Below are positions 28,316 to 36,887 of a DNA stretch of 64,000 nucleotides, piece after piece. Within the stretch, counting starts at the first letter, position 1. Each line of letters begins with the position of its first letter. Below the pieces are notes generated by a model. It was not told the origin of the DNA. It ran no database searches and saw only the letters and a program-made list of their open reading frames with translations. The stretch is from IMG/VR virus record IMGVR_UViG_3300020814_000535. One strand, given 5' to 3'. Origin of the DNA: a virus (Duplodnaviria; Caudoviricetes). The position numbers and the translations under genes were made by a program.

Positions 28316-28992
28316 TAGATTATTCCTTTCATATGGTTAAGGAAAGCAAAATTGTCTCTAGCTTTCTGGAAAAACATCATACCACGGGGATTAGGAAGCG
28401 CGATAGATTGAACCTTCAAAGACTTCATATAAGGCCCAAGGCTCTCTCTAAAATCCCCATAGGGCCAGTCGTAAACATCGTGATAAGTCATGCCATGATG
28501 AGCCATATGATGATCTAAATCGTGAATAAAAATAAAGCCTCCGTCACGAAGGTTGGGCCAAAACTTTTCGAATTCAGCAAAACGATATTGAGGTTCCGAG
28601 TCCAAAAAGAGAATGTCGATCTTTACATCTTTGTCCAAAGAAACGTCCAAAGAAGACTTAAGAACACTGTCGATCTCATTTGCGACATCTACATCAATCC
28701 ATAGAGCCTGCGCCTCTTGTCTTAATCCTTCTAGAACCTCATAAGTCAAAACCTTACCTCTTTTATTTCTTTGACAAGCAAGCGCCATGTAAACAGAAGA
28801 GATTCCTAGATGAGTGCCAGTTTCAAGTATAAGATCAGGCTTGGCCATTCGGACAAAAGAATAAAGAAACTCCCCAACCTCAACTTCGACTCCCCCAGTA
28901 TTATACATTTCAAAGCCGGGCGGAATTTGATACTCTTCTGGCTGTCTCTCTAGTTTATTGGTTTTGCTAAGGATGTAATTAGTAATATCCAC
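28315..28992 (-). CDS. Class I SAM methyltransferase (Methyltransf_24-like)
   Basis: LETGTHLGIS, DILFLDS and GGFIFIHD. Confidence 0.85.
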   Translation of the reverse strand: MDITNYILSKTNKLERQPEEYQIPPGFEMYNTGGVEVEVGEFLYSFVRMAKPDLILETGTHLGISSVYMALACQRNKRGKVLTYEVLEGLRQEAQALWIDVDVANEIDSVLKSSLDVSLDKDVKIDILFLDSEPQYRFAEFEKFWPNLRDGGFIFIHDLDHHMAHHGMTYHDVYDWPYGDFRESLGPYMKSLKVQSIALPNPRGMMFFQKARDNFAFLNHMKGII

Positions 28993-29000
28993 TTTGTTCC

Positions 29001-30923
29001 CTAAATCTTAGACTCAAGAAAAGCTTTCCACGCATACTTAATCATATCTTTGTCAAAATGATGGATAGCCGATTCTCTTCCCTTTTGACCAATCTGTCGG
29101 GCAAACTCTTGGTCATTAAGAAGGAGCTGAATGTACATTCTCAACTCTTCTTTGCTATCAGAAACAAATCCATCTACTCCATTGGTAATCAAGCGGGGGA
29201 TTTCGTAGAGGTTGTGGCCAGCAAAATAACTCGCATTCCCTTTCTCAGGGCCAATAGCTACAATAGGGATACCCGAGTTATGGACTATAAATCCTTCGGC
29301 TCGATAGACTCCGTCTTTTGTTGAAAGATTATATACTCTTCCTTGAAATGGCTTTCTGGTAACAGATTTAATCCTCTTTGGTTTAATGTTCTTATCTTGG
29401 TCAAGCAATCTATTTCGTATTGAGAGTAAGCTGTCCTGTACTTCTGATTCAATCTGCTCTTGATGAAACCAATCAAAATTCCACATTGCTCTTTTTTTAT
29501 CAAGAGACAAGGATGCAATGCCTCCAACAAGTTCAACATCTTTAAGCCCTTCAACCAGAATTCGAAACTTACTTTTCGTCTCTGAAAAAACTCGTTCGAC
29601 CTCTTTGAAATCCCCTGGTTGGCTGTCTCGAATTTCTTCCCAAGCCACTTCGTTAAACATTGATCTGTATTTGTTATCTGCAAAATCGGGACTATTTTTC
29701 TGCGTTTTTTGTCCACCTTGAAGGACAGCGTCCCCTCCCCATCTATGATGCCTGCTAAGTAAGAGATCTCGCATGGCGTCATAGAAAATTCCAGAGGTTT
29801 GAAAGTAATCGAGTTCTGGCGTTTTAAACCCTCTGTTCTGAACTTCATCGTTATTGACCAATAACTCCTGTTCGGGAGCAAAGGCATCAATTCGTTCATC
29901 GGTTTTTTGTAATTCTCTAGCAATATCTCCAATTCTTCTTTTGTCCACTGAGTCACAATTAGCCTCCTGGTATTGATAGATACTATCTAGTATACCAAGA
30001 TTCTGCGCTTCTACAAAACCTCTTTGTGTCAAAAAAGGATGAGTTGGCGTACACGAAACGGATTGGCCATCCTCTGTAACAATTGTCAGCAAATCTCCTT
30101 TGTACTCCTTGATTAAAACATCTTCTATTTCGGTGTCAGAACTCACTAAAGTTTCTTCCGGAAAACACATCCAAGCCTCCATAAAATTCAGCGTGTAACT
30201 AGCTGGATGAGTTCCTGTGTAGAAATAAACTCTATTGCTATTCATCTCTTTCCTGAGATCGTCGTATTCGAGCTTGCCGCCCCAGAAAGGAATCCCGTCA
30301 TTACCGGGTCCATAGAGAACTCGATTGAATGGCCGAGTCACATCTTCAAAGAATGTGTAATTGCACGCGGCATCTCGAATCTGCATCGACTGACAAAAAG
30401 TTACGACCCGTTCTTTCTCTCCCGTCCAAGGTCCATATTCAGCAGGATCTTTGCCAAAACGAATAAAAGCATCCTGTCCAATAAAGCCAGGAATGTTTGC
30501 TTCCATCGGCGAGTAACGAACAACCTGCATTCCTCGTTCTCTGTAGGGACGCATGGTGTTTTCCGTGCTAGCTACAGACTGACCAATTGTTCGCCAGATA
30601 ACTCTCTTGTGTCTAATATTGACCCAATTCTCTGTAATGTATTTAGGCACATGCATTGCGATAATGACATCAAACTTATCTGCAATCTCTCTCGTAATAT
30701 AGGTTTTGCCGTCTTGTCCTGGACGAGCTTCCTCAAGCTTTTGCCACATCTCAACCATTTCGGGATCATACTGGAGATCTGGCATTGGAGGCCGCATGCC
30801 ACCTCCACCCGTAGCTGGATGCCAATAAGCTCCAGGGGAGAAAACCTCGTATCCCAATTCTCGAAAGATTCTTAACTCGTCATACTCGAGAATGGAATGA
30901 CAAGACAGATAAAGAATCTTCAA
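29001..30923 (-). CDS. GT4-like glycosyltransferase with intein
   Basis: The spliced product reads YTLNFMEAWMSGIPIV...ITNGVDGF...IGQKGRE. The start is probably TTG 30923 (AGGAG 7 nt upstream) rather than 30965. Confidence 0.88.
   Translation of the reverse strand: MKILYLSCHSILEYDELRIFRELGYEVFSPGAYWHPATGGGGMRPPMPDLQYDPEMVEMWQKLEEARPGQDGKTYITREIADKFDVIIAMHVPKYITENWVNIRHKRVIWRTIGQSVASTENTMRPYRERGMQVVRYSPMEANIPGFIGQDAFIRFGKDPAEYGPWTGEKERVVTFCQSMQIRDAACNYTFFEDVTRPFNRVLYGPGNDGIPFWGGKLEYDDLRKEMNSNRVYFYTGTHPASYTLNFMEAWMCFPEETLVSSDTEIEDVLIKEYKGDLLTIVTEDGQSVSCTPTHPFLTQRGFVEAQNLGILDSIYQYQEANCDSVDKRRIGDIARELQKTDERIDAFAPEQELLVNNDEVQNRGFKTPELDYFQTSGIFYDAMRDLLLSRHHRWGGDAVLQGGQKTQKNSPDFADNKYRSMFNEVAWEEIRDSQPGDFKEVERVFSETKSKFRILVEGLKDVELVGGIASLSLDKKRAMWNFDWFHQEQIESEVQDSLLSIRNRLLDQDKNIKPKRIKSVTRKPFQGRVYNLSTKDGVYRAEGFIVHNSGIPIVAIGPEKGNASYFAGHNLYEIPRLITNGVDGFVSDSKEELRMYIQLLLNDQEFARQIGQKGRESAIHHFDKDMIKYAWKAFLESKI
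29277..30167 (-). mobile_element. Intein (297 aa) with no in-frame endonuclease motifs
   Basis: Starts CFPEETLV; block B CTPTHPF; ends RVYNLSTKDGVYRAEGFIVHN/S. Confidence 0.92.
29285..29956 (-). CDS. LAGLIDADG homing endonuclease with N-terminal Myb/HTH-like domain, nested in +1 frame inside the intein
   Basis: YLAGIIDGEGT, LQITNTD and PCLLIKKEQ; AGGAGG lies 6 nt upstream of the GTG start. Confidence 0.88.
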   Translation of the reverse strand: MTQWTKEELEILLENYKKPMNELMPLLPNRSYWSITMKFRTEGLKRQNSITFKPLEFSMTPCEISYLAGIIDGEGTLSFKVDKKRRKIVPILQITNTDQCLTKWLGKKFETANQGISKRSNEFFQRRKVSFEFWLKGLKMLNLLEALHPCLLIKKEQCGILIGFIKSRLNQKYRTAYSQYEIDCLTKIRTLNQRGLNLLPESHFKEEYIIFQQKTESIEPKDL

Positions 30924-30933
30924 TGGTTTGCTC

Positions 30934-31464
30934 CTAAGAATTTTTCTTTTGATTTTCATTCGCAACAGTAGTTGTCGTATTGATTAGCTGTTTTACAGAC
31001 TTCTTATATCTTTTGACAGCCGTTCTCGCTGCGCCAACCGTCTTAATATTTCCCTTTTCAAAATGCTTACATGTAGTCAAACGATGAATCGCTCTTTGGT
31101 ATTTGTTACACCAACCATTCTTTCGTTTACCATGAGAGCGAAGAAATTCCTGGGCATCTTTTGATAGCTTGTTAAATTGCGCGTACTTACACCATGTACA
31201 ACATTCAGCTATCTCAAGGTCAGGAAGTTCATAGAGAGCAATCATCGGCTCAACAGAAACATTGTAAAAATCGCCAGGAGACTCGGCCAAACGAACATAA
31301 TCAACAGTTGGCTTTGGTTTGTTAAGCATAATTGGCCTTGAAGACAATAGCTTTCCTTTTTCAACATGGACTCTATCTTGCAAAGCGTCAACCAACATTT
31401 CGGGAGGCAGCGGCCTTCGTTTCTCTTGTTCTTCTCTTGAAAGAGGAGGGAGTCTTTTTCTCAT
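30934..31464 (-). CDS. Hypothetical basic Cys-cluster protein
   Basis: CCTWCKY...WCNKY...TTCKHF. Confidence 0.65.
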   Translation of the reverse strand: MRKRLPPLSREEQEKRRPLPPEMLVDALQDRVHVEKGKLLSSRPIMLNKPKPTVDYVRLAESPGDFYNVSVEPMIALYELPDLEIAECCTWCKYAQFNKLSKDAQEFLRSHGKRKNGWCNKYQRAIHRLTTCKHFEKGNIKTVGAARTAVKRYKKSVKQLINTTTTVANENQKKNS

Positions 31465-32103
31465 TTAGACCTTTCGAACCCATATCGTCTGCTGAAAATC
31501 CAGGAGACAAATCCAGCCCTTCTTCTGGAGATATTCCTTCAGAAACTTGGGCTTGCCACCACTGGGAAGTTGGTTGTCGTCGGCCATTACGATTACGTCC
31601 TTAGGAAGCCTTGGCTCAATCGCCTTGAACTCATTCAAGCAATGGAGTTGAGCGGCGTCCCTCATTTGGATATTATCTTTGTCTTCTCCTACCGGGTAAT
31701 CCAGGCTATCAAGATAAAGAAGGTCGACTCTTCCCTGAAAATCCTTCAGAAAAGAAAGAGAGTCCGAGAGAACGTAATCGATACAGTCACACCATTCAAG
31801 TGTACATTCCTGACAAGTTACCAGATGGGGATGGAAATTGTCTACGGTAATTAGATGGCCGCCGTACTTGTGTAGGAACTCTCCAAAAATACTAGAAGAC
31901 ATTCCTGCCCCAAGATCATTAGCCAACCTTTGACAACCCGTTTCAAGGATTACTGGATCAGTCTTCTTCTTTTGCGAGAGAAGATTCAGGGCAATTTGGA
32001 ATGTGTAATAACGCAGGTTTGCGCCGTTATAGTAATACTTCTTGTAGAACCAGTTTGAATTTCCATCGGAACAATAGATAAAATTGTCGAAAAGTTCGGA
32101 CAT
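31465..32103 (-). CDS. Class I SAM methyltransferase-like protein
   Basis: ILETG, SDSL, VDLLYLDS, DDN and GK. Confidence 0.8.
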   Translation of the reverse strand: MSELFDNFIYCSDGNSNWFYKKYYYNGANLRYYTFQIALNLLSQKKKTDPVILETGCQRLANDLGAGMSSSIFGEFLHKYGGHLITVDNFHPHLVTCQECTLEWCDCIDYVLSDSLSFLKDFQGRVDLLYLDSLDYPVGEDKDNIQMRDAAQLHCLNEFKAIEPRLPKDVIVMADDNQLPSGGKPKFLKEYLQKKGWICLLDFQQTIWVRKV

Positions 32104-32105
32104 GA

Positions 32106-33236
32106 TTAGAGCCCCAGTTTACTTGCGATTTCCGTAATGCGGTCAAACATTAGTTTGCCAATGACATCCCAGCTGAATTTAGTTTCAATAGTTTGCTGTC
32201 CCTTAAGCCCAATTTGTCGAGCTTCTTCTTGGTGCTCGTAACACCAGCGCATCTTGCTTCTGAGATCCATAATACTTGGATCCCCCCATTTCATTTCGCC
32301 CGTGTAATGAGTCATCCACTCCATCCCAAAGACAGGACAATCTCTCGAATCAACAAGCAGGCTATTCTCATCATTCATAAAATCTATGCTGCCGCCGTAT
32401 CGAGGACCAATGGTCGGTTTCCCATGAAGCATTGCATCGGCGAGATTGATCCCAAATCCCTCAGCCCTTGTCGGGCTAACAAAACAACTTCCTGTATTGT
32501 GAAGCATTAACATTTCATCATCGCTCAAGAGTTTTCCAATAAATAGGATAGGCGGATATTTAGAAAGATTCAAAACAGACTTCGTACTGTCGATATCTGC
32601 CTTAATGATATTTCGTTCGGTCTGAGAAGAACCTTTTCTGTAGGCCTTGATAGCCAAAACAACATTATCTGAGTCTCTTTGAAACTCTGTAAAGTAGGCT
32701 GTTAGGAGAGCGAATGGGTTCTTTCTCTCTGTCCATTGGAAGATAGAATAGAACCAGTATTTGTCAGAGTATTCTGGGAATTTTTGAGAAGGATCTGAAT
32801 TCATCTTCTTGAATCCGTGAGGGACACAATGGATAGGTTTTGTTACGCCGCTTCTCTGAAATACCCCAATGTTCCATTGCGAGGGAACCCAAATCTCATT
32901 CATCAGATTACACAGATCTACCCACATGCCGGGGATTGGTTCTGCCTCCCAGGTTGTGTAACCAATGTTGTAGACGCCGGGTCTGGGGTTACGGAAACGA
33001 ATGTAGTTTTCCGGGGTCAGATGAACAATACGAATTCTTGCCCCAGGATCTGGTTTAATGAGGCCCGAGAACTCTCCGATTAGATGATGCCCTGTTTTTT
33101 CTCTCTCAAATGAAACCTGATCGATGGACAGGTCGATATCTTTGTAGTTCATCAACATGCGAACATAGTTTCTGCTCGCCGAAGCGTAACCGCTTGAATC
33201 TCCCAAGGCCCCAACCCAATGAACCTTTATAGACAT
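32106..33236 (-). CDS. GT4 glycosyltransferase
   Basis: SGYA, WVPSQWN, VPHG, ERKN and RAEGFGINLADAM. Confidence 0.92.
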   Translation of the reverse strand: MSIKVHWVGALGDSSGYASASRNYVRMLMNYKDIDLSIDQVSFEREKTGHHLIGEFSGLIKPDPGARIRIVHLTPENYIRFRNPRPGVYNIGYTTWEAEPIPGMWVDLCNLMNEIWVPSQWNIGVFQRSGVTKPIHCVPHGFKKMNSDPSQKFPEYSDKYWFYSIFQWTERKNPFALLTAYFTEFQRDSDNVVLAIKAYRKGSSQTERNIIKADIDSTKSVLNLSKYPPILFIGKLLSDDEMLMLHNTGSCFVSPTRAEGFGINLADAMLHGKPTIGPRYGGSIDFMNDENSLLVDSRDCPVFGMEWMTHYTGEMKWGDPSIMDLRSKMRWCYEHQEEARQIGLKGQQTIETKFSWDVIGKLMFDRITEIASKLGL

Positions 33237-34549
33237 TCAAGAACCCCTTCCTCTTTGGATCGAGAGATATAGGCTTCGTCAAAAACTTTAATCCATTCAT
33301 TAGAAAGCTTGGCCCACGAGTTCTCTTCTGCGAATTTCCGAGCGCGAGAACAAATATCTTTATGCTTGCTGGAAAAACGATTCCTGTAACATTCATCCAT
33401 CTTAGAAACGATATCTTCTAGTCTGGCCACAGGGCGGAAACCTGAAGAATCGATAAAGACCTTTTCCTTGCAGGGATACATGTAACCTCTATCTCCGTCA
33501 GCCCCAATAATCTCAAAGAAGGACGTTGAAGCTGGGACAACAACTGGAACTTCAGCGGACATTGCTTCCAGAGTTGAAAGGCCAAAGCCCTCGCCAGTTG
33601 TTGTGGTGATGTAGGCATCTGCAGAATTGTAAAGTTCGTTCAGATGGACAGGCGGAATCCCATTGGCAGTTTCGTATTTGGCCGGCAAAAGAACCTGCTT
33701 CCCAATCTCCAGACCTACATCGTGAACAGCGACAGCCAAGTCAATCTCAATCCCGCCAGCCCACAATCCATCCCTCACGGCCGTATGTAAATATAATTTA
33801 GAATTGGGGTGAATTTTCAAGAAGTCATTGAAGGCTAGGATTGTACGTGCGATGTCTTTTCGGAGGCTATTTCTATTTACATTAATGAATAAAAAGGTGT
33901 TGTCGTCATCAATTTTAAGGATCTTAGACCTGATGGCTCGTCTGTGTTCAAGTGGCAGCTTTTTGTAAACATGAGTATCAACACCATGACTAATCACCGC
34001 ATCTGGTGTAATCCCAACATTAAGAGACTTGGCTTTCCCGTAATTGTTATAGGCCACCTTCTTATCTGCAATATCTAACAAGCCCTTCCAGGTCGGAAGA
34101 ATGCCACAGTCTACTGGGTAATAGTAGATAATCCTGAATGGATTTTGGCCCGACTCCTTAATCTCGGAACGAACCTGCTGAATCTGCTGAGAGATCTGGG
34201 TCGTAACAAACGTATCATTGACCACAAAAAGCAGGTCGTAATTCTTCTTCTTCAAAGCTCTCAATAGCATCTCGCAGCCGTAGGGATCGGCTTTATTCAA
34301 AAGAGCTGCTGGAGTAATCTGGTAGGGATATTCATTCTTGTCGTAGAAGTCTCCGTAATAGTTAACGCCGATAATATCTACATCGTACTTGCCTGTTTTG
34401 TATAGATACTTCAAGACATTCTTCATCACAATGCCAAATCCAGTGGTTTGGGTTGGCGCGTCTCCCCAGCAAAGCAGTTGAATCTTTTTGGGAGTTGGCC
34501 GTTCTATGGAAGCGGTCTCTTTAAAGCCCGAGGATTTTTTAATTTTCAA
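33227..34549 (-). CDS. GT4 glycosyltransferase
   Basis: DAPTQTTGFG, HGVD, NRNSLRK and GEGFGLSTLEAM. Confidence 0.92.
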   Translation of the reverse strand: MKIKKSSGFKETASIERPTPKKIQLLCWGDAPTQTTGFGIVMKNVLKYLYKTGKYDVDIIGVNYYGDFYDKNEYPYQITPAALLNKADPYGCEMLLRALKKKNYDLLFVVNDTFVTTQISQQIQQVRSEIKESGQNPFRIIYYYPVDCGILPTWKGLLDIADKKVAYNNYGKAKSLNVGITPDAVISHGVDTHVYKKLPLEHRRAIRSKILKIDDDNTFLFINVNRNSLRKDIARTILAFNDFLKIHPNSKLYLHTAVRDGLWAGGIEIDLAVAVHDVGLEIGKQVLLPAKYETANGIPPVHLNELYNSADAYITTTTGEGFGLSTLEAMSAEVPVVVPASTSFFEIIGADGDRGYMYPCKEKVFIDSSGFRPVARLEDIVSKMDECYRNRFSSKHKDICSRARKFAEENSWAKLSNEWIKVFDEAYISRSKEEGVLECL

Positions 34550-34560
34550 GACTGAGAAAC

Positions 34561-35664
34561 CTATAGAACTTCAAACACTGCGGAGGAAGGACCGTTAAGA
34601 TTACTGTAGTTAATCAACCAGGGTCGAGTTACTACTGGGTTGTTCTGTAACATGCAAATCGCTGGTTCTGCAACCATATCAGAAGAAATCTTAGACCAGC
34701 AAGCAAAATTTGAACGACATTGAGACCACCAACAATTCTTACATTTTAGGTCGTAGGCTCCCCAGACGGCGACTGCTTCGGGATGGTAGTTTACGCGCGC
34801 ACGCGGATCTGTAGGACCAAAGAAAGTAACAGTGTTTTTGCGAAGAGCTGAAGCTAGATGAAGGACGGAAGAATCGGGGCAAAGAACTAAATTCGAACAC
34901 TCCACCAAAGCGGCAATGTGTCTGACATCTTGATTCTTTAGTTGAGTGACTCCTTCGAGAGTCCAGTCTACATCAGAGACGTTGTCGCTATGAAGAATGA
35001 CAATTCCTCTAGAGTTCTTTACTGTAGTAAGAACTTTAACCAGGGCTTTCTGAAGAACAATCTGAGGAAGATCTCTTCTAGTGGTAGAGGAGTTTACCTG
35101 AACAAGAACCAGCTTCTTTCCAGAGAGTCTTCGGTAATCAAGCCAATCTCTAGCCCAGTTTCTCTCTTCTTCTTTTACTTCGTAATCCATTCCTGGATCC
35201 GAGAGAGGAATAGTTAATCCCGCGTGTCTTGCAAATAGATCAATACGGTTAATTGGTTGTGCGCCGGGAACTTCGTGAGCTGTACAGGGGCAAGTTAGAT
35301 TGATAACGACGTCAAAGTCTTCTGCCTTGATATCGTGGAAATCAACCAGGCTATCAATGTATTTATTTCCATCCAGCACTTTCATTAGCGCCCCATTTAA
35401 ATAAAGAGGATCTGTCCCATAGGTAATATGGCAATTTGGATAGGTCTTCTTAATTCCCTTGATCGTAGGAGTTGTCATCAGGACGTCGCCAATTCCCCCA
35501 CGAGAACGAATGATAGCAATTGTTGGAGGGGCTCCTTGGAGAAGCTTGTTAAACCTTCCAAGAGGAGAACCTTTTGGAGGACGGACGGCTACAGTATCGT
35601 GACCTGGAAACTGGGTTTTAGCTACTAATCCACCCTGAGTGTCGGTGACAAGAACCTTAGGCAA
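34561..35664 (-). CDS. GT9 (heptosyltransferase-like) glycosyltransferase
   Basis: GGIGDVLMTTP, PDSSVLHLA and FGPTDP. Confidence 0.9.
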   Translation of the reverse strand: MPKVLVTDTQGGLVAKTQFPGHDTVAVRPPKGSPLGRFNKLLQGAPPTIAIIRSRGGIGDVLMTTPTIKGIKKTYPNCHITYGTDPLYLNGALMKVLDGNKYIDSLVDFHDIKAEDFDVVINLTCPCTAHEVPGAQPINRIDLFARHAGLTIPLSDPGMDYEVKEEERNWARDWLDYRRLSGKKLVLVQVNSSTTRRDLPQIVLQKALVKVLTTVKNSRGIVILHSDNVSDVDWTLEGVTQLKNQDVRHIAALVECSNLVLCPDSSVLHLASALRKNTVTFFGPTDPRARVNYHPEAVAVWGAYDLKCKNCWWSQCRSNFACWSKISSDMVAEPAICMLQNNPVVTRPWLINYSNLNGPSSAVFEVL

Positions 35665-35724
35665 GAGATGAATCTCCTAAAGACTTGTTCTAAATTTACT
35701 ACGGAAGAAACGGAGGGGCAATAC

Positions 35725-36306
35725 TTATTGTTCAGATTGAAGAACGGTCTGATAAGTTTTCATTACGCGATCTTCTAATCCACCTGGTTTCCAGACGTCG
35801 GTTTTATATTGAGGGTCGTAGATTCCCAGATAGACATTCAGAACGTTGATTAACTCATGGACAATTGTTGCTTGCCAAACTTCTTTCTGTTCGGCTGGAG
35901 AGTTGACACAGATCTTTTCGTGCTCGTTTTCAATTGGACAAAGTGGCGGCCAAACCCTTGAAACCCAAAGTGTTGTTCCAAAAGAATGAGTACACCCAGC
36001 TTTTCTACCAAGACTTGATCCTCTCGGACACTCTTCAGGCTGATCAATCATGCACATCCAAATCCAATGATCTTTCAAATATTCCGCCCAAGAAGAATAA
36101 TCAATCAGTCCTTCTCTTTGAGCTTCTCGAGCAATAAGAACTAATCCAAGATCAGCATTTCTAACTAGCAGATCTCCATTGTTGCAATCTTGAACAGTCT
36201 GAAGAACACTGTATTTCTCTTCCCCTGCAATAGGAGTTAGACCTTCTGAAGTGGAGGGACGACAAGCTGATAAGGCTAGAAAGAAAGACAAAAGAATATA
36301 TTTCAT
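35725..36306 (-). CDS. Predicted lipoprotein with degenerate zincin-like motif
   Basis: Signal peptide and lipobox MKYILLSFFLALSA-C; IVHELIN. Confidence 0.7.
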   Translation of the reverse strand: MKYILLSFFLALSACRPSTSEGLTPIAGEEKYSVLQTVQDCNNGDLLVRNADLGLVLIAREAQREGLIDYSSWAEYLKDHWIWMCMIDQPEECPRGSSLGRKAGCTHSFGTTLWVSRVWPPLCPIENEHEKICVNSPAEQKEVWQATIVHELINVLNVYLGIYDPQYKTDVWKPGGLEDRVMKTYQTVLQSEQ

Positions 36307-36321
36307 TATTAAAAGACTTGT

Positions 36322-36885
36322 TTACTTTGGGGAAAACAAAACAGAAAAATCAGGATCGGTATCGTCAGTTACTTCTTGAGCAGTCGGCCGATAATCAACA
36401 GTAGCAATCGCGACAGGATCTGAACCAGCGAGACAATGTGGAATCCTCAGAGGAGCACCAGCTTTTGGTCCTGTCGGATTTCCATTAACATCTACTTCCT
36501 GTCCTTTCAAATGACTATTCCCAAGAGAAGCGAACTTTTTGCTGAACTCTTTTGGAGACCAAGGTCCTCGAAGAAGTTTTGGTTGTCTCGGCTGAATTCT
36601 CAATAATCTTCTAAATGCTTTAGGAAGAACAGTCTGATCTAGACTATCTGGAAGCAACAGATAAAGATCCCATAGCCCGCCTGAAGCTTCACTTTGAGTC
36701 CCAATATCAACTCCAGAAACAATAAGTGTCGCTATCAAATCTAACTTGATTCCACTTTCATGGATAGCAATAAGATGCTTGTGGACAAATTGAACCCCAT
36801 CTGGCTCTCTCAAGGCAAAAGTATTAGAAGCCTCGAAAGCCAACTTTTCCTTTCCTTGAGCTACTGCGACTATGCAAGAAATCAT
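36322..36885 (-). CDS. Hypothetical protein (fibre-associated?)
   Basis: The real start is probably ATG 36885 (MISCIVAVAQ), just after the stop of the fibre gene; the GC level matches the backbone. Confidence 0.65.
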   Translation of the reverse strand: MISCIVAVAQGKEKLAFEASNTFALREPDGVQFVHKHLIAIHESGIKLDLIATLIVSGVDIGTQSEASGGLWDLYLLLPDSLDQTVLPKAFRRLLRIQPRQPKLLRGPWSPKEFSKKFASLGNSHLKGQEVDVNGNPTGPKAGAPLRIPHCLAGSDPVAIATVDYRPTAQEVTDDTDPDFSVLFSPK

Positions 36886-36887
36886 GG

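Noticed and set aside
29285-29956. Group I intron explanation for the nested endonuclease
   Set aside because: The host frame is fully open, with complete protein-splicing motifs at both ends and no non-coding space for a ribozyme core.
30207-30875. 222-aa plus-strand ORF antisense to the glycosyltransferase
   Set aside because: No recognisable motif or SD; a shadow ORF, unlike the same-strand nested endonuclease.
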